Shown piece by piece: positions 32,339 through 41,427 of a stretch of 64,000 nt of DNA. Under the pieces are notes generated by a model. That model searched no databases. It saw nothing but the letters and a program-made list of their open reading frames with translations, and was not told the origin of the DNA. The DNA comes from an uncultured Chloroflexia bacterium (lineage in GTDB: Bacteria; Chloroflexota; Limnocylindria; Limnocylindrales; CSP1-4), in NCBI GenBank assembly GCA_963746845.1, contig CAVVCZ010000004.1, positions 192,001 to 256,000 of the forward strand, read 5' to 3'. The translations under genes and the position numbers were made by a program. How positions within the stretch are numbered: position 1 is the stretch's first letter; every line of letters starts with the position of its first letter.

Positions 32339-34830
32339 TTCACCGTCCCCTCGATCGCGACGGCAACCGAGAAGCCGACCTGGTCCTGGCTGTCGTTGAC
32401 GTAGCGGACCAGGAGGGTCCCGGTGGACGGGTCGACGTACCGCGGCGCATCGGTCAGATCGTAGGTCTCGCCCTGCTCCGCGTGGGCGAGCCGATGCCAC
32501 ACACCCGTGGTTCGATCGAAGACCTCGATCTCCGGCAGGCCATCGAACTGGTCGGCCGGCAGCGGGGCCGGGCAGCCTGCAGGCAGCGGGTCGCCGGCCT
32601 TCGTCCCCACGCACACGTCGGGGATCGGCGCGATCGGCGGGACGATCCCCGTCCCCGTCGGGATGCCGTCGGGGCTGAAGTTGAAGCCGATCCGGACGTG
32701 GCTGACCGTGAGCGCGCCCTCGAACGGGAGCGGCCGATAGCTGACCGTGGCCGAGCCACGTCCGAAGCCGAACGTCGTCGGGTCCTTGGAGAAGAACCCG
32801 GCGTCGGTCTCGACGACCGTGCTCTTCAGGAGGTCGCCCTGGAACACGACCTTCCCCCGGATCGGCATCGACAGCGGCACGTAGTAGAGGACGTTGCTGA
32901 CCCGCTTCGCGGGCTGGCCCTCGACGGACACATCAAGGACGGGGTCGCGGCCCCACGCGAGCAGGACGGGGCCGTCCGCCGTCAGCCGGCCGAACGTGCC
33001 GAGCTGCGGGTCGCTCGTGAGCTGGTCGATGACCATGTGCCGGACCTGGTCGCGGCGGGTCGCGTCGGTCGTCGCAGAGGTTCCCTCGAAGAAGAGCTGC
33101 CCGAAGATGCGGTCGGAGATGGGCTGCCCGAAGCCGGCCCCGCCGAGCGGGAGCGAGACGGCGACCTCCTCGCCGGGCGCGAGGTCCTTCAGCACCTTCA
33201 CGTTCGTCCCGAGCACGATCGACGGCTTCTCGAGCGTGGTGGCCGCGTCGTTGCGGATCGTCCCGGTGAGCACGCCGTCGACGAGCGCGATGTCCGCATG
33301 GATCTTCGGGACGACGACCTGCGACTCCGCGCGGATCGTGCGCAGGGACTGGACCCCGACGGCCAGGTCGCGGACCCGCGACGGGTCGCCCTGGACGACA
33401 TCGAGGCTTGCCCCGGCGCCGCCGAACATGTCGCCCGAGATCGGCGATGACAGCAGCGCGCCGCCCGGGACCGCGACCTGGTAGGTGCCGCGGATCGGCG
33501 AGAACACGCCGAGGTAGACCTGGGCGGTCCCCTCGGTCGCGTCCGGGGCGCCCCGAACGATCCCGATCTCGTTGACGATCAGCGAGCTGCCGCGGAGCGC
33601 CGATCCAAACGCGTAGGAGCCGAACGCGAAGGCCGCGATCAGGACCGGCATCGTCACCCACGCCCATTCGCGCCGGTCGATCCGACGGAGGATCAGGTAG
33701 TTCAGTGGTCCGATCAGCGCGATGTAGCCGAAGAGGAGCAGGAGCAGGCCGCCGAGCGGCGGCAGCGCGAGGGACGGCAGGTTGCTGACCGCACCGACGA
33801 TCTGCGTGTCGTCGTTCATCGCGACCGTGCCGTCGGAGCGCGGCGGGATCAGCGCGGGCCACAGGTTCGCGACCGCGCTCGACTCGCCGATCCAGCCGAC
33901 GGTCGGGTCCACGCCGAGCAGCGTCACGGAGCCGCTGCCGTACGGCGCCTGTCCGGCGATCGCCCGATCGCCGGATGTGGCGATCGCACGGCCGCGCGTC
34001 AGCTCACCGGCCATCGCCGGGACGTCCGAGGCGCTCTTGGGGAGCGTCCCGAGGAGGCCGCGCAGGGACGCCGGCGCCGCGTCCACGGTCGAGCTCGGCC
34101 GGTACGGGAGGATGTCGTCCGGGAAGCCGCCGAGCGAGCCGATCCCTGCGGTCCCGCCGACGACGATCAGGCGGCCGCCGAGCGCGAGCCAGCCGCGGAG
34201 CGCGGTCAGCTGCTCGGAGCTCAGGCTCGAGGCGTCGACGTCCTGCCACACGAGCCGGTCCATCGCGGACCATGCCTCGATCCGGGTCGGCAGATCCTCG
34301 ATCCCGAGCGGCACGATCACCGCCGGCGCCTGGTTCTGGACCCCCGGCAGGCTCAGCGAACCGACGAGGGGCCCCGGATTGTCGGCCACGACCCCGACCA
34401 CCAGCTGGCCCGTGTCGTGGATCGTCACGGCCACCTTCTGACGGGCGACCACGCTCTCGCCGCTTGCGAACACGACTTCCAGTTGCTGGCCGAACGACGG
34501 CGGTTGCGCGTACAGGATCCAGTCCTTGTCCGATGGGCTGTCGAGCTGGACCGGGGTCGCGTAGCGCGTCCCGCCCTGGGTTCCGCCCTGGAGCCGGAGC
34601 TCGCCCGTGACCGATGGACCCTCGTTGTGGAGATGGACCTGGATCGCGATCCACGATCCGAGGCGGGCGTGGCCCTGGAGGAGGACGCGCGCCGTCATCG
34701 ATGGTGGGTCCGCGGCGGCGGCCGACCCGGCGGTCGCGGTCAGGAGCACGCCGACGAGCACGGCGGCGATCGCGGCGAGCGCGGCGAGGGCGGCGGGCGG
34801 ACGGTTCCGTCGGTGCGCGCGTGGAGACAC
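32335..34830 (-). CDS. large membrane protein with class-I GATase-like domain
   Basis: Signal/TM, ALRGWLALGGRLIVVGG, YIALIGPLNYLIL..RREWAWVT TM pair; GGAG RBS before GTG 34830 (ORF extends to 34917). Confidence 0.8.
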   Translation of the reverse strand: MSPRAHRRNRPPAALAALAAIAAVLVGVLLTATAGSAAAADPPSMTARVLLQGHARLGSWIAIQVHLHNEGPSVTGELRLQGGTQGGTRYATPVQLDSPSDKDWILYAQPPSFGQQLEVVFASGESVVARQKVAVTIHDTGQLVVGVVADNPGPLVGSLSLPGVQNQAPAVIVPLGIEDLPTRIEAWSAMDRLVWQDVDASSLSSEQLTALRGWLALGGRLIVVGGTAGIGSLGGFPDDILPYRPSSTVDAAPASLRGLLGTLPKSASDVPAMAGELTRGRAIATSGDRAIAGQAPYGSGSVTLLGVDPTVGWIGESSAVANLWPALIPPRSDGTVAMNDDTQIVGAVSNLPSLALPPLGGLLLLLFGYIALIGPLNYLILRRIDRREWAWVTMPVLIAAFAFGSYAFGSALRGSSLIVNEIGIVRGAPDATEGTAQVYLGVFSPIRGTYQVAVPGGALLSSPISGDMFGGAGASLDVVQGDPSRVRDLAVGVQSLRTIRAESQVVVPKIHADIALVDGVLTGTIRNDAATTLEKPSIVLGTNVKVLKDLAPGEEVAVSLPLGGAGFGQPISDRIFGQLFFEGTSATTDATRRDQVRHMVIDQLTSDPQLGTFGRLTADGPVLLAWGRDPVLDVSVEGQPAKRVSNVLYYVPLSMPIRGKVVFQGDLLKSTVVETDAGFFSKDPTTFGFGRGSATVSYRPLPFEGALTVSHVRIGFNFSPDGIPTGTGIVPPIAPIPDVCVGTKAGDPLPAGCPAPLPADQFDGLPEIEVFDRTTGVWHRLAHAEQGETYDLTDAPRYVDPSTGTLLVRYVNDSQDQVGFSVAVAIEGTVK

Positions 34831-35066
34831 GGACACTCCAGGTGCGGCGGGCGGTTGCGGTCCCAGCATCGACGCCCCGACCCCCCGAAAAGTTGCGTGC
34901 TCGTCGACGCCCGTCACCGGCCGGTGGATGGCTGTGGCCCGCGTGAAGCACCGGCTGGGCCCCGGACGGCACTCCGCGCCCGGCTATCGTACGATGCCGG
35001 TCCGGGCCGACCCGTCTCGGCGTCACCCGAGGATCCGGTCCACCCGAGCCATCCACCGAGGAGCCC

Positions 35067-36390
35067 GTGCCCCAGATTCGCCCGTTCCGTGCCCTCCGCT
35101 ATGCCCCGGAGACCGTCGGCGACCTCGCCCTGGTGGTCGCGCCGCCGTACGACGTCCTGTCGGCCGCGGACCGGCGTCGCCTGGCCGACCGAAGCGACCG
35201 AAACGTCGTTCGCCTGGACGCGCCGTCCGACGAGCTCGGCGACGCGGAAGACGATCGCTACCGGCGAGCGGCACGGACCCTCGCGGCGTGGCGGTCCGAC
35301 GGGACGCTCCACAAGGACCCGCGCCCGGCGATCTACGTGTACGAGCAGACGTACCGCGTCCCCGGATCGGGGAGCGGAGCGGACCCAGCGCGGGTTCTTC
35401 GCGCGGCTCCGGCTCGAGCCGCTCGAGCCCGGCTCGGGTGTGCTCCCGCACGAGCGGACGCTGGCCGCCGCGCGGGAGGACCGCTACCGCCTCCTCCGGG
35501 CGACCGGGGTCAACACCAGCCCGGTCGTCGGCCTGTACGACGACCCGAGCGGACGCGCGAGCGCGATCCTCGCGACGCTGGCGATGCCGGCCCCCGTGCT
35601 CGACGTCGTCGACGACGACGGCGTGCGTCATCGACTCTGGGTCGTCGAGGCCGATGGGCCGGCCTCCGGCGCGGTCGCCGAGCTCGTCGGGGTGGCGTCC
35701 GCGGCGCCCGTCACGATCGCCGACGGCCACCATCGGTACGAGACCGCGCTCCGCTATCGGGACGAGCGACGGATGAGCCGGTCATGCGAGGAGGACCCGG
35801 CGTTCGATTACCTGTTGATGCTGCTCCTCGAGACCACCGCCGAGCCGTTGACCGTCCTGCCGACCCATCGGGTCGTGCGCGGGCTCGGGGACGACGGCGT
35901 CGCCGCCCTCCGGGCGGGTCTCGACGAGCTCTTCGACGTCCGGCCGGCCGACCGCGAGGCCCTGTGCTCGGCGTTCGGTCCCGGTGCGGACGCGCCGGGC
36001 GGGCGGGGGCGGTTCGGGCTCTGGACGCGCGACGGCGGCGTCCTGCTCACCGCGCGCCGGACGGCCTTCGCGCCGCTGCTCGCCGCCGGCGGGTCCGCGC
36101 TCCGCGGGCTCGATGTCGTCCTGCTCGGCGCGGCGCTCGAACGGCTCGCCGGGATCGATCGCGAGGCCGTCGCCGTCGCCGACCGGATCGCCTTCACGAA
36201 GTCCGTCGAGGAGGCGCTCGACCGGGTCGACGGCGGCGTCGACGGGGCCGACGCCGCGTTCCTCCTCGAGCCGACCCCGGTCGAGTCGATCGCCGCCGTC
36301 GCCCGCGAGGGTGACGTGATGCCCCAGAAGTCGACCTACTTCTACCCGAAGGCCCTGACCGGCCTCGTCATCAACCCGCACGAGTGGTGA
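35067..36390 (+). CDS. DUF1015 domain protein; frameshift near 35370
   Basis: IRPFRALRY, APPYDV, LPHERT, IADGHHRYETA, MPQKSTYFYPK. Confidence 0.9.
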
Positions 36391-36427
36391 GCCAGCCGAT
36401 GTCCGTCCCGACCCGAGCACCCCGCCG

Positions 36428-37307
36428 ATGACCGAATCCACGCCCGACCAGATCCTTGCCCGCGCCCAGGTCCCGTCCGCCAATGGCCGGCCCGTCCGCA
36501 AGGACGAGATCGAGCTGCACGACCGCGGGCTGTACATCGAGTCGTGGCTGCCCGAGCGACGCTCGCGGCGCAAGCCGCTCCTGTTCGTCCACGGCGAGCT
36601 CGCGGGCTCGTGGGTCTGGGAGCGCTATCTCGGCTTCTTCGCGTCCCGGGGCTGGGAGGGCCACGCCCTCAACCTCCAGAACCACCACTGGTCGCGGACC
36701 GCCGACCCGACCGAGCTGACGTTCCAGACGTACGTCGACGACGTCGTCGCGGCGTTGAACCGCCTCGGGCCGACGACCGTGGCGATCGGCCACGGGCTGG
36801 GCGGGCTGCTCATCCTCAAGGCGGCCGAGCAGGCACCGATCGGGGGGCTCGTCCTCCTCTCGCCGGAGCTCCCCGCCGAGCTGCGCGATCCGGCCCAGCC
36901 CCACGAGCTGCGCGAGGTGCCGGACGTGTACGGCCGTGGCCGGATCGGCTGGACGACGCTGCCCGAGAAGCTCCAGCGCGACCACCGGGACCTGACGATC
37001 GCCGACGTCCTCCGGATCCAGCATCTCCTCGGCCAGAAGCCGCACGAGAGCGGCCGGGCGCTGCGGACGGTCCTGTCCGGCGTGCCGGTCGACCCGCGAC
37101 CGTTCGCCGAGATCCCGCGGCTCGTCATCGGCGGCGGGCTGGACCGGATGGTCGCGCGAGCCGGACGCGGAGCGACTCGCCGACTGGCTCGGCGCCGAGT
37201 ACGAGCCCTTCGGGGCCCACTCGCACTACGGCCTGATCGTCGGGGAGCAGAGCCACCAGCAGGTCGCGGAGGCGATCCGCATGTTCCTCGAGACGCACCG
37301 GCTCTGA
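36428..37307 (+). CDS. alpha/beta-hydrolase-fold protein lacking the nucleophile Ser; frameshift near 37156
   Basis: LLFVHGE, IGHGLGG, GGLDRMV, then HSHYGL in the shifted frame ending at TGA 37305-37307. Confidence 0.75.
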
Positions 37308-37382
37308 GGTCGGTGCTTGGCGAGGTCGGGGGCCGGTTGGTATCATCCCGATCCGGCCGCGACCACCTGCGTCGCCCGCGGA

Positions 37383-37459
37383 GCCGCATTCGTCTAGAGG
37401 CCCAGGACACCGCCCTCTCAAGGCGGAGATCACCGGTTCGAATCCGGTATGCGGTACCA
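37383..37459 (+). tRNA. tRNA-Glu(CTC)
   Basis: Acceptor GCCGCAT/ATGCGGT, anticodon arm CCGCC-CT-CTC-AA-GGCGG, TTCGAAT loop, encoded CCA. Confidence 0.96.
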
Positions 37460-37497
37460 ACTCCCCCCGTCCGTCTCCCCACCGTAGACTCGCCCGC

Positions 37498-38622
37498 GTG
37501 ACCGATCGATCGTCCGCGCCGGTCCGCCGGCATCTCGTGATCCTCGCCGAGGGCAACTTCGGGTTCCACCATGGGAAGACCGCGGTCGGCGTGATCCGCT
37601 ACGGCCCGGACGACGTGGTCGCCGTCATCGACTCCACCCAGGCCGGCGGCAATGTCTCGTCGATCCTGCCCGGGCGCGATATTCCGATCGTCGCGACCCT
37701 CGACGAGGCGCTGGCCCGGGAGCCGCGGCCGGACACGCTCCTGATCGGCATCGCGCCGACAGGCGGCAAACTGCCCGAGAGCTGGCGCGTCACGATCCTC
37801 GCGGCGATCCGGGCGGGGCTGGACGTCCATTCGGGCCTGCACACGTTCCTCGGCGACGACCCGGAGTTCGCGGCCGCCGCCGCGGCCGCGGGCACATCGA
37901 TCGTCGACTACCGGCGGCCCCCGACGCGCATGGAGACCTCGGTCGGGCGGCGCCACGGGCTCGGCAAGCGGGTGATCCTCACGGTCGGCACCGACTGCGC
38001 GATCGGCAAGATGTCGGTCGCCCTCGAGCTCCGCGCTGCGGCTCGTGCCGCCGGGCGGTCGGTCGCGTTCGTCCCGACCGGCCAGACCGGGATGATGATC
38101 GACGGCTGGGGCGCCGCGGTGGATCGGCTGATCAGCGACTTCGCCCAGGGCACCGTCGAGTGGATGGTCGAGGAGGGCGAGGCGCGCGGCGACTGGGTGA
38201 TCGTCGAGGGCCAGGGTTCGCTCGACCATCCGGCCTACTCGTCGGTGACGCTTGCGCTGATCCACGGGGCGACGCCCCAGGCAATGGTCCTCGTCCACAA
38301 GGCCGGCCAGATCGAGCACGACTTCGACCATCTGCCGGACGCCTCGTTCCCGATCGCGGATCTTCGACCGTTCATCGAGCTCCACGAGCGGGTGGCGGGC
38401 CTCATCGCTCCGTCGAAGGTCGTCGCGATCGCGCTCAACACGTCCGGGATCCCCGATGAAGGCGAGGCCCGCGCGGAGATCGCCCGGATCGCGGCCGAGA
38501 CCGGGCTACCGGTGGACGACCCCGTCCGGTTCGGACCCGGGCCGCTCTGGGCGGTCATCGAGGCAGGAGTCGACGCGCTGCCGTGGGTCGCCGGCAGCGC
38601 CGCACCGACCGGCGCGCGCTGA
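37498..38622 (+). CDS. DUF1611 family protein (DgcN-like)
   Basis: GKTAVG, GLHTFL, TVGTDCAIGKM, TGQTG, EGQGSL. Confidence 0.9.
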   Translation: MTDRSSAPVRRHLVILAEGNFGFHHGKTAVGVIRYGPDDVVAVIDSTQAGGNVSSILPGRDIPIVATLDEALAREPRPDTLLIGIAPTGGKLPESWRVTILAAIRAGLDVHSGLHTFLGDDPEFAAAAAAAGTSIVDYRRPPTRMETSVGRRHGLGKRVILTVGTDCAIGKMSVALELRAAARAAGRSVAFVPTGQTGMMIDGWGAAVDRLISDFAQGTVEWMVEEGEARGDWVIVEGQGSLDHPAYSSVTLALIHGATPQAMVLVHKAGQIEHDFDHLPDASFPIADLRPFIELHERVAGLIAPSKVVAIALNTSGIPDEGEARAEIARIAAETGLPVDDPVRFGPGPLWAVIEAGVDALPWVAGSAAPTGAR

Positions 38623-39672
38623 GTGGCGCTCCACCTTCGCCACGAGGTCCTCCATCTGGGGCTGCGTGACCCATTCCGGATCGCCCGCTCGGACCACGAC
38701 GCGGGGCACGCGGTCACGACGGTCATCGTCGAGCTGACCGACGACCGGTTCCCGGGGCTCGTCGGCATCGGGGAGGGGTTCCCGGATCGCTTCTACGGCG
38801 AGACGGCGGACACCATCGCCGCGGTGCTCCCGCTCCTGCTCGACGCGATCGGCGAACCGGAGGCCGGCCCGGCCGGCCTGAGCGCGGCGGACGCTGCGAT
38901 GGACCGGTTCATCGCCCACAACGGCGCAGCCAAGTGCGCGCTGGACATCGCCCTCCACGACCTCGTCGGCCAGGTGACCGGGCAGCCGCTCGCCGCGCTC
39001 CTCGGGACGGACGGACCGATCCCGCCGACCGACTTCACGCTCGGGATCGACGCGCCGGAGGTCGTCGCCGAGCGTGCCGTCCGCGCCAGCCGGTTCCCGG
39101 CCCTCAAGATCAAGCTCGGTGGGACGGCGGACCTCGCGACGCTCGAGGCGGTCCGGGCGGTGTACGGCGGGGCGATCCGGGTCGACGCGAACACGGGTTG
39201 GGTGCCGGACGAGGCGCTCGAGCTGATCCCGGAGCTGGAGCGCATGGGCGTCGAGCTGATCGAGCAGCCGTTCCCCGCCGATCGGCTGGACCAGCTCGGC
39301 TGGCTCCAGGAGCGCTCGGCCCTCCCGATCGTCGCCGACGAGAGCGCCGTCACGATCCGCGACCTGCGCGGGCTCGTCGGGGTCGTCGCCGGCGTCAACG
39401 TCAAGCTGGCGAAGTGCGGCGGGGTGGGCCCGGCCCGGGCCATGCTCGCCCAGGCGCGGGACCTCGGCTTCCGGACGTTCCTCGGCTGCATGGAGGAGAC
39501 GTCGGTCGGGATCGCGGCCTCGGCCGCGGTCGCGTCGCTGGCCGACTGGGTCGACCTCGATGGCAGCCTGCTCCTCGCGGACGACCCGTTCGCGGGCCTG
39601 GTGCTGGGCGACGATTGTCGCTGGCAGGCCTCGTCGGAGCCCGGCCTCGGCATCCGGCGCCGGGACGCCTGA
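38623..39672 (+). CDS. dipeptide epimerase / DgcA-like enolase-superfamily racemase
   Basis: LKIKLG, RVDAN, IEQP, ADES, NVKLAKCGG, GCM, DLDG. Confidence 0.9.
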   Translation: MALHLRHEVLHLGLRDPFRIARSDHDAGHAVTTVIVELTDDRFPGLVGIGEGFPDRFYGETADTIAAVLPLLLDAIGEPEAGPAGLSAADAAMDRFIAHNGAAKCALDIALHDLVGQVTGQPLAALLGTDGPIPPTDFTLGIDAPEVVAERAVRASRFPALKIKLGGTADLATLEAVRAVYGGAIRVDANTGWVPDEALELIPELERMGVELIEQPFPADRLDQLGWLQERSALPIVADESAVTIRDLRGLVGVVAGVNVKLAKCGGVGPARAMLAQARDLGFRTFLGCMEETSVGIAASAAVASLADWVDLDGSLLLADDPFAGLVLGDDCRWQASSEPGLGIRRRDA

Positions 39673-39704
39673 CCCGCCCGAACGGACGAGCGGTCCGGAA
39701 CGGG

Positions 39705-39718
39705 CGAACGTCCGTTCG
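39705..39718. promoter_or_regulatory. candidate LexA (SOS) box
   Basis: Perfect CGAAC-GTCC-GTTCG palindrome in intergenic DNA. Confidence 0.5.
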
Positions 39719-39751
39719 TGTGGACAAGTTCGTGGACGAGTTGGTGGACAA
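39719..39751 (-). promoter_or_regulatory. three DnaA-box-like direct repeats with 12-bp period
   Basis: TGTGGACAA (reverse complement TTGTCCACA) at 39719, CGTGGACGA at 39731, GGTGGACAA at 39743. Confidence 0.55.
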
Positions 39752-39942
39752 ACCCCCTTCATCGACCGGCCCGTCGGTCCTACCATTGCGCTCCACCGGG
39801 CCGGCGAGAGTTCTCCGGGAGGGACGGAACCCGCGGCCGGTGCGACTCCACGGGGGCATCCCGCGGTCGGCTGATCCCGCCGACCGGTGGGTGGATGGTT
39901 CGTGCTGCCACGCGACGGGATCGACTGGAGGGTCGGCCATCG

Positions 39943-40398
39943 ATGGTTCACAGTAACGGCACCGCCCGAGCTGTCACCGAGCCGCTCGGCGCGGAAGCCG
40001 ACGCGTTGGAGTTCGTCCGCTTCTGCCATCGACGCAAGCACGTCGGCTGGCCCGAGCTCTATGACGAGATGTGCGCCGTCGCGGGTCGCGGCCTCTACCG
40101 GGGCTACGGCACTGACGAGCTCTCCGAGATCGGGATCGGCTTCGGCCTGTTCGAGATGCCGGCTCTGGCCGGCCTCGTGAGCCAGGTCGTCACCGAGGAT
40201 CAGGAGCGCCGTCGGCGCATCGCCGAGGTCCGACCGGTCGTCGTCGCCTCGTCCGAGAGCCAGCCGGTCGCCGAGCCCGGTGAAGCGCCCGAACCCCACC
40301 AGCCGGCGTCCCCAGACGTCGGACCCAACCGGGAGCCGGCCGAACGGGCCACCCCGGACCATGGATCGGTCAGGATCGCGGTGCCCGCCGGAGCCTGA
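39943..40398 (+). CDS. hypothetical protein
   Basis: GGAGG RBS; globular N-half FVRFCHRR..WPELYDEMCAVAGRGLYRG, disordered tail; followed by terminator. Confidence 0.75.
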   Translation: MVHSNGTARAVTEPLGAEADALEFVRFCHRRKHVGWPELYDEMCAVAGRGLYRGYGTDELSEIGIGFGLFEMPALAGLVSQVVTEDQERRRRIAEVRPVVVASSESQPVAEPGEAPEPHQPASPDVGPNREPAERATPDHGSVRIAVPAGA

Positions 40399-40434
40399 AC
40401 GACGTCCGAGATCGTTGCGTCGCTATCCGACGCT

Positions 40435-40474
40435 GAAGGGTCCTCGATTGGTCAGGATCGAGGACCCTTCTTCA
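40435..40474 (+). terminator. intrinsic terminator-like hairpin
   Basis: 14-bp perfect stem GAAGGGTCCTCGAT/ATCGAGGACCCTTC, 8-nt loop, short T tail. Confidence 0.7.
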
Positions 40475-40754
40475 TGCCCGGGACCTCTTCATGGCTGTCG
40501 CGCCTCGGCCGGGCGCCGCCGGCCGTCGCCTTCCTCGCCGAATTCCCACGTCGCGAACAGCTTCCGCGGAAACCTCGCCGGATGTGCCTACGCCGGGAAT
40601 CCGGTCAGCAGCGCGCGGTCCGCTGCCCCGATCCGAGCGTGACGGGATCGCGCCTCCCGCCTCGCGGGCCTCGCCGTGTTCTCCCGGTGAGCATTCGGGG
40701 ACGGAGATGTGGCAGAGCCGGGCGAGGGGGCCGGGTGTTCGATCCGATCGGTCG

Positions 40755-40982
40755 TCAGGCCCGGATCCGTCGCCGCGCCATCTCCCCTTCGATCTGGCGC
40801 TCCGCCTCGACGTAGGTGTCGATCTGCTCGCGGATCTGGTTCGCCTCGGGGGTGTAGAGGTGAACCTGCTGCTGGAGGATGTACGACAACCGCCGGCTGG
40901 TCATCCGGACGTGATCCAGGTTCTTCATCAGGACCAGCGGATCCATCGCCGCCAGGTCGGACGGGTGGTACATCAGCTTCAT
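40755..40982 (-). CDS. small helical hypothetical protein (75 aa)
   Basis: Host-like codon use; -10 TAGAAT 6 nt upstream of the ATG. Confidence 0.8.
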   Translation of the reverse strand: MKLMYHPSDLAAMDPLVLMKNLDHVRMTSRRLSYILQQQVHLYTPEANQIREQIDTYVEAERQIEGEMARRRIRA

Positions 40983-41031
40983 GGCGGCATTCTAGCGGCG
41001 GCCCTCGGCGCCGAGCGCGGGGACGGACGGC

Positions 41032-41427
41032 TCAGCGGCGGAAGCCGGCGCGCCGTGGCGGGTCGATGACGATCGTCGCCGCGAGCCCGGCGGCGGCGAG
41101 GAGCGCGAGCCCCCCGACCAGCCATCGCCAGAGCCCGCTGGTCCCGAGCGACAGCTCGACCCCCGCCAGGAGGAAGACCGCGACGTCCGCGGCGCGGAGG
41201 ATCCCGGCACCGCGGCCCATCTGCCAGTCGAACAGGCCGAGCATCACGATCCCGACCATCGGCAGGACGACGAACAGTGCGAACCGGACGTCGCCGACCA
41301 CGGGCACGGCCGCGTCCGTCGATCCCGTCCCGGCCGCGGTCCCGAACATCCCGATGACCGCGAGCAGCCCGACACCCGCGGCGAGGAGCGTGTGAAGCGC
41401 CGGGACGATCGCCGGCCGCGGGTCCAT
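41032..41427 (-). CDS. small membrane protein (about 4 TM)
   Basis: MDPRPAIVPALHTLL...; TGATG overlap with the methyltransferase. Confidence 0.7.
   Translation of the reverse strand: MDPRPAIVPALHTLLAAGVGLLAVIGMFGTAAGTGSTDAAVPVVGDVRFALFVVLPMVGIVMLGLFDWQMGRGAGILRAADVAVFLLAGVELSLGTSGLWRWLVGGLALLAAAGLAATIVIDPPRRAGFRR

Noticed and set aside
39719-39751. Replication origin
   Set aside because: Only three boxes, no AT-rich unwinding element, and no dnaA/dnaN nearby
39815-39870. Cobalamin riboswitch-like words (GGAA...CCGGTGCGACTCC)
   Set aside because: The remaining conserved core and B12 box are not recognisable; kept only as a generic structured leader
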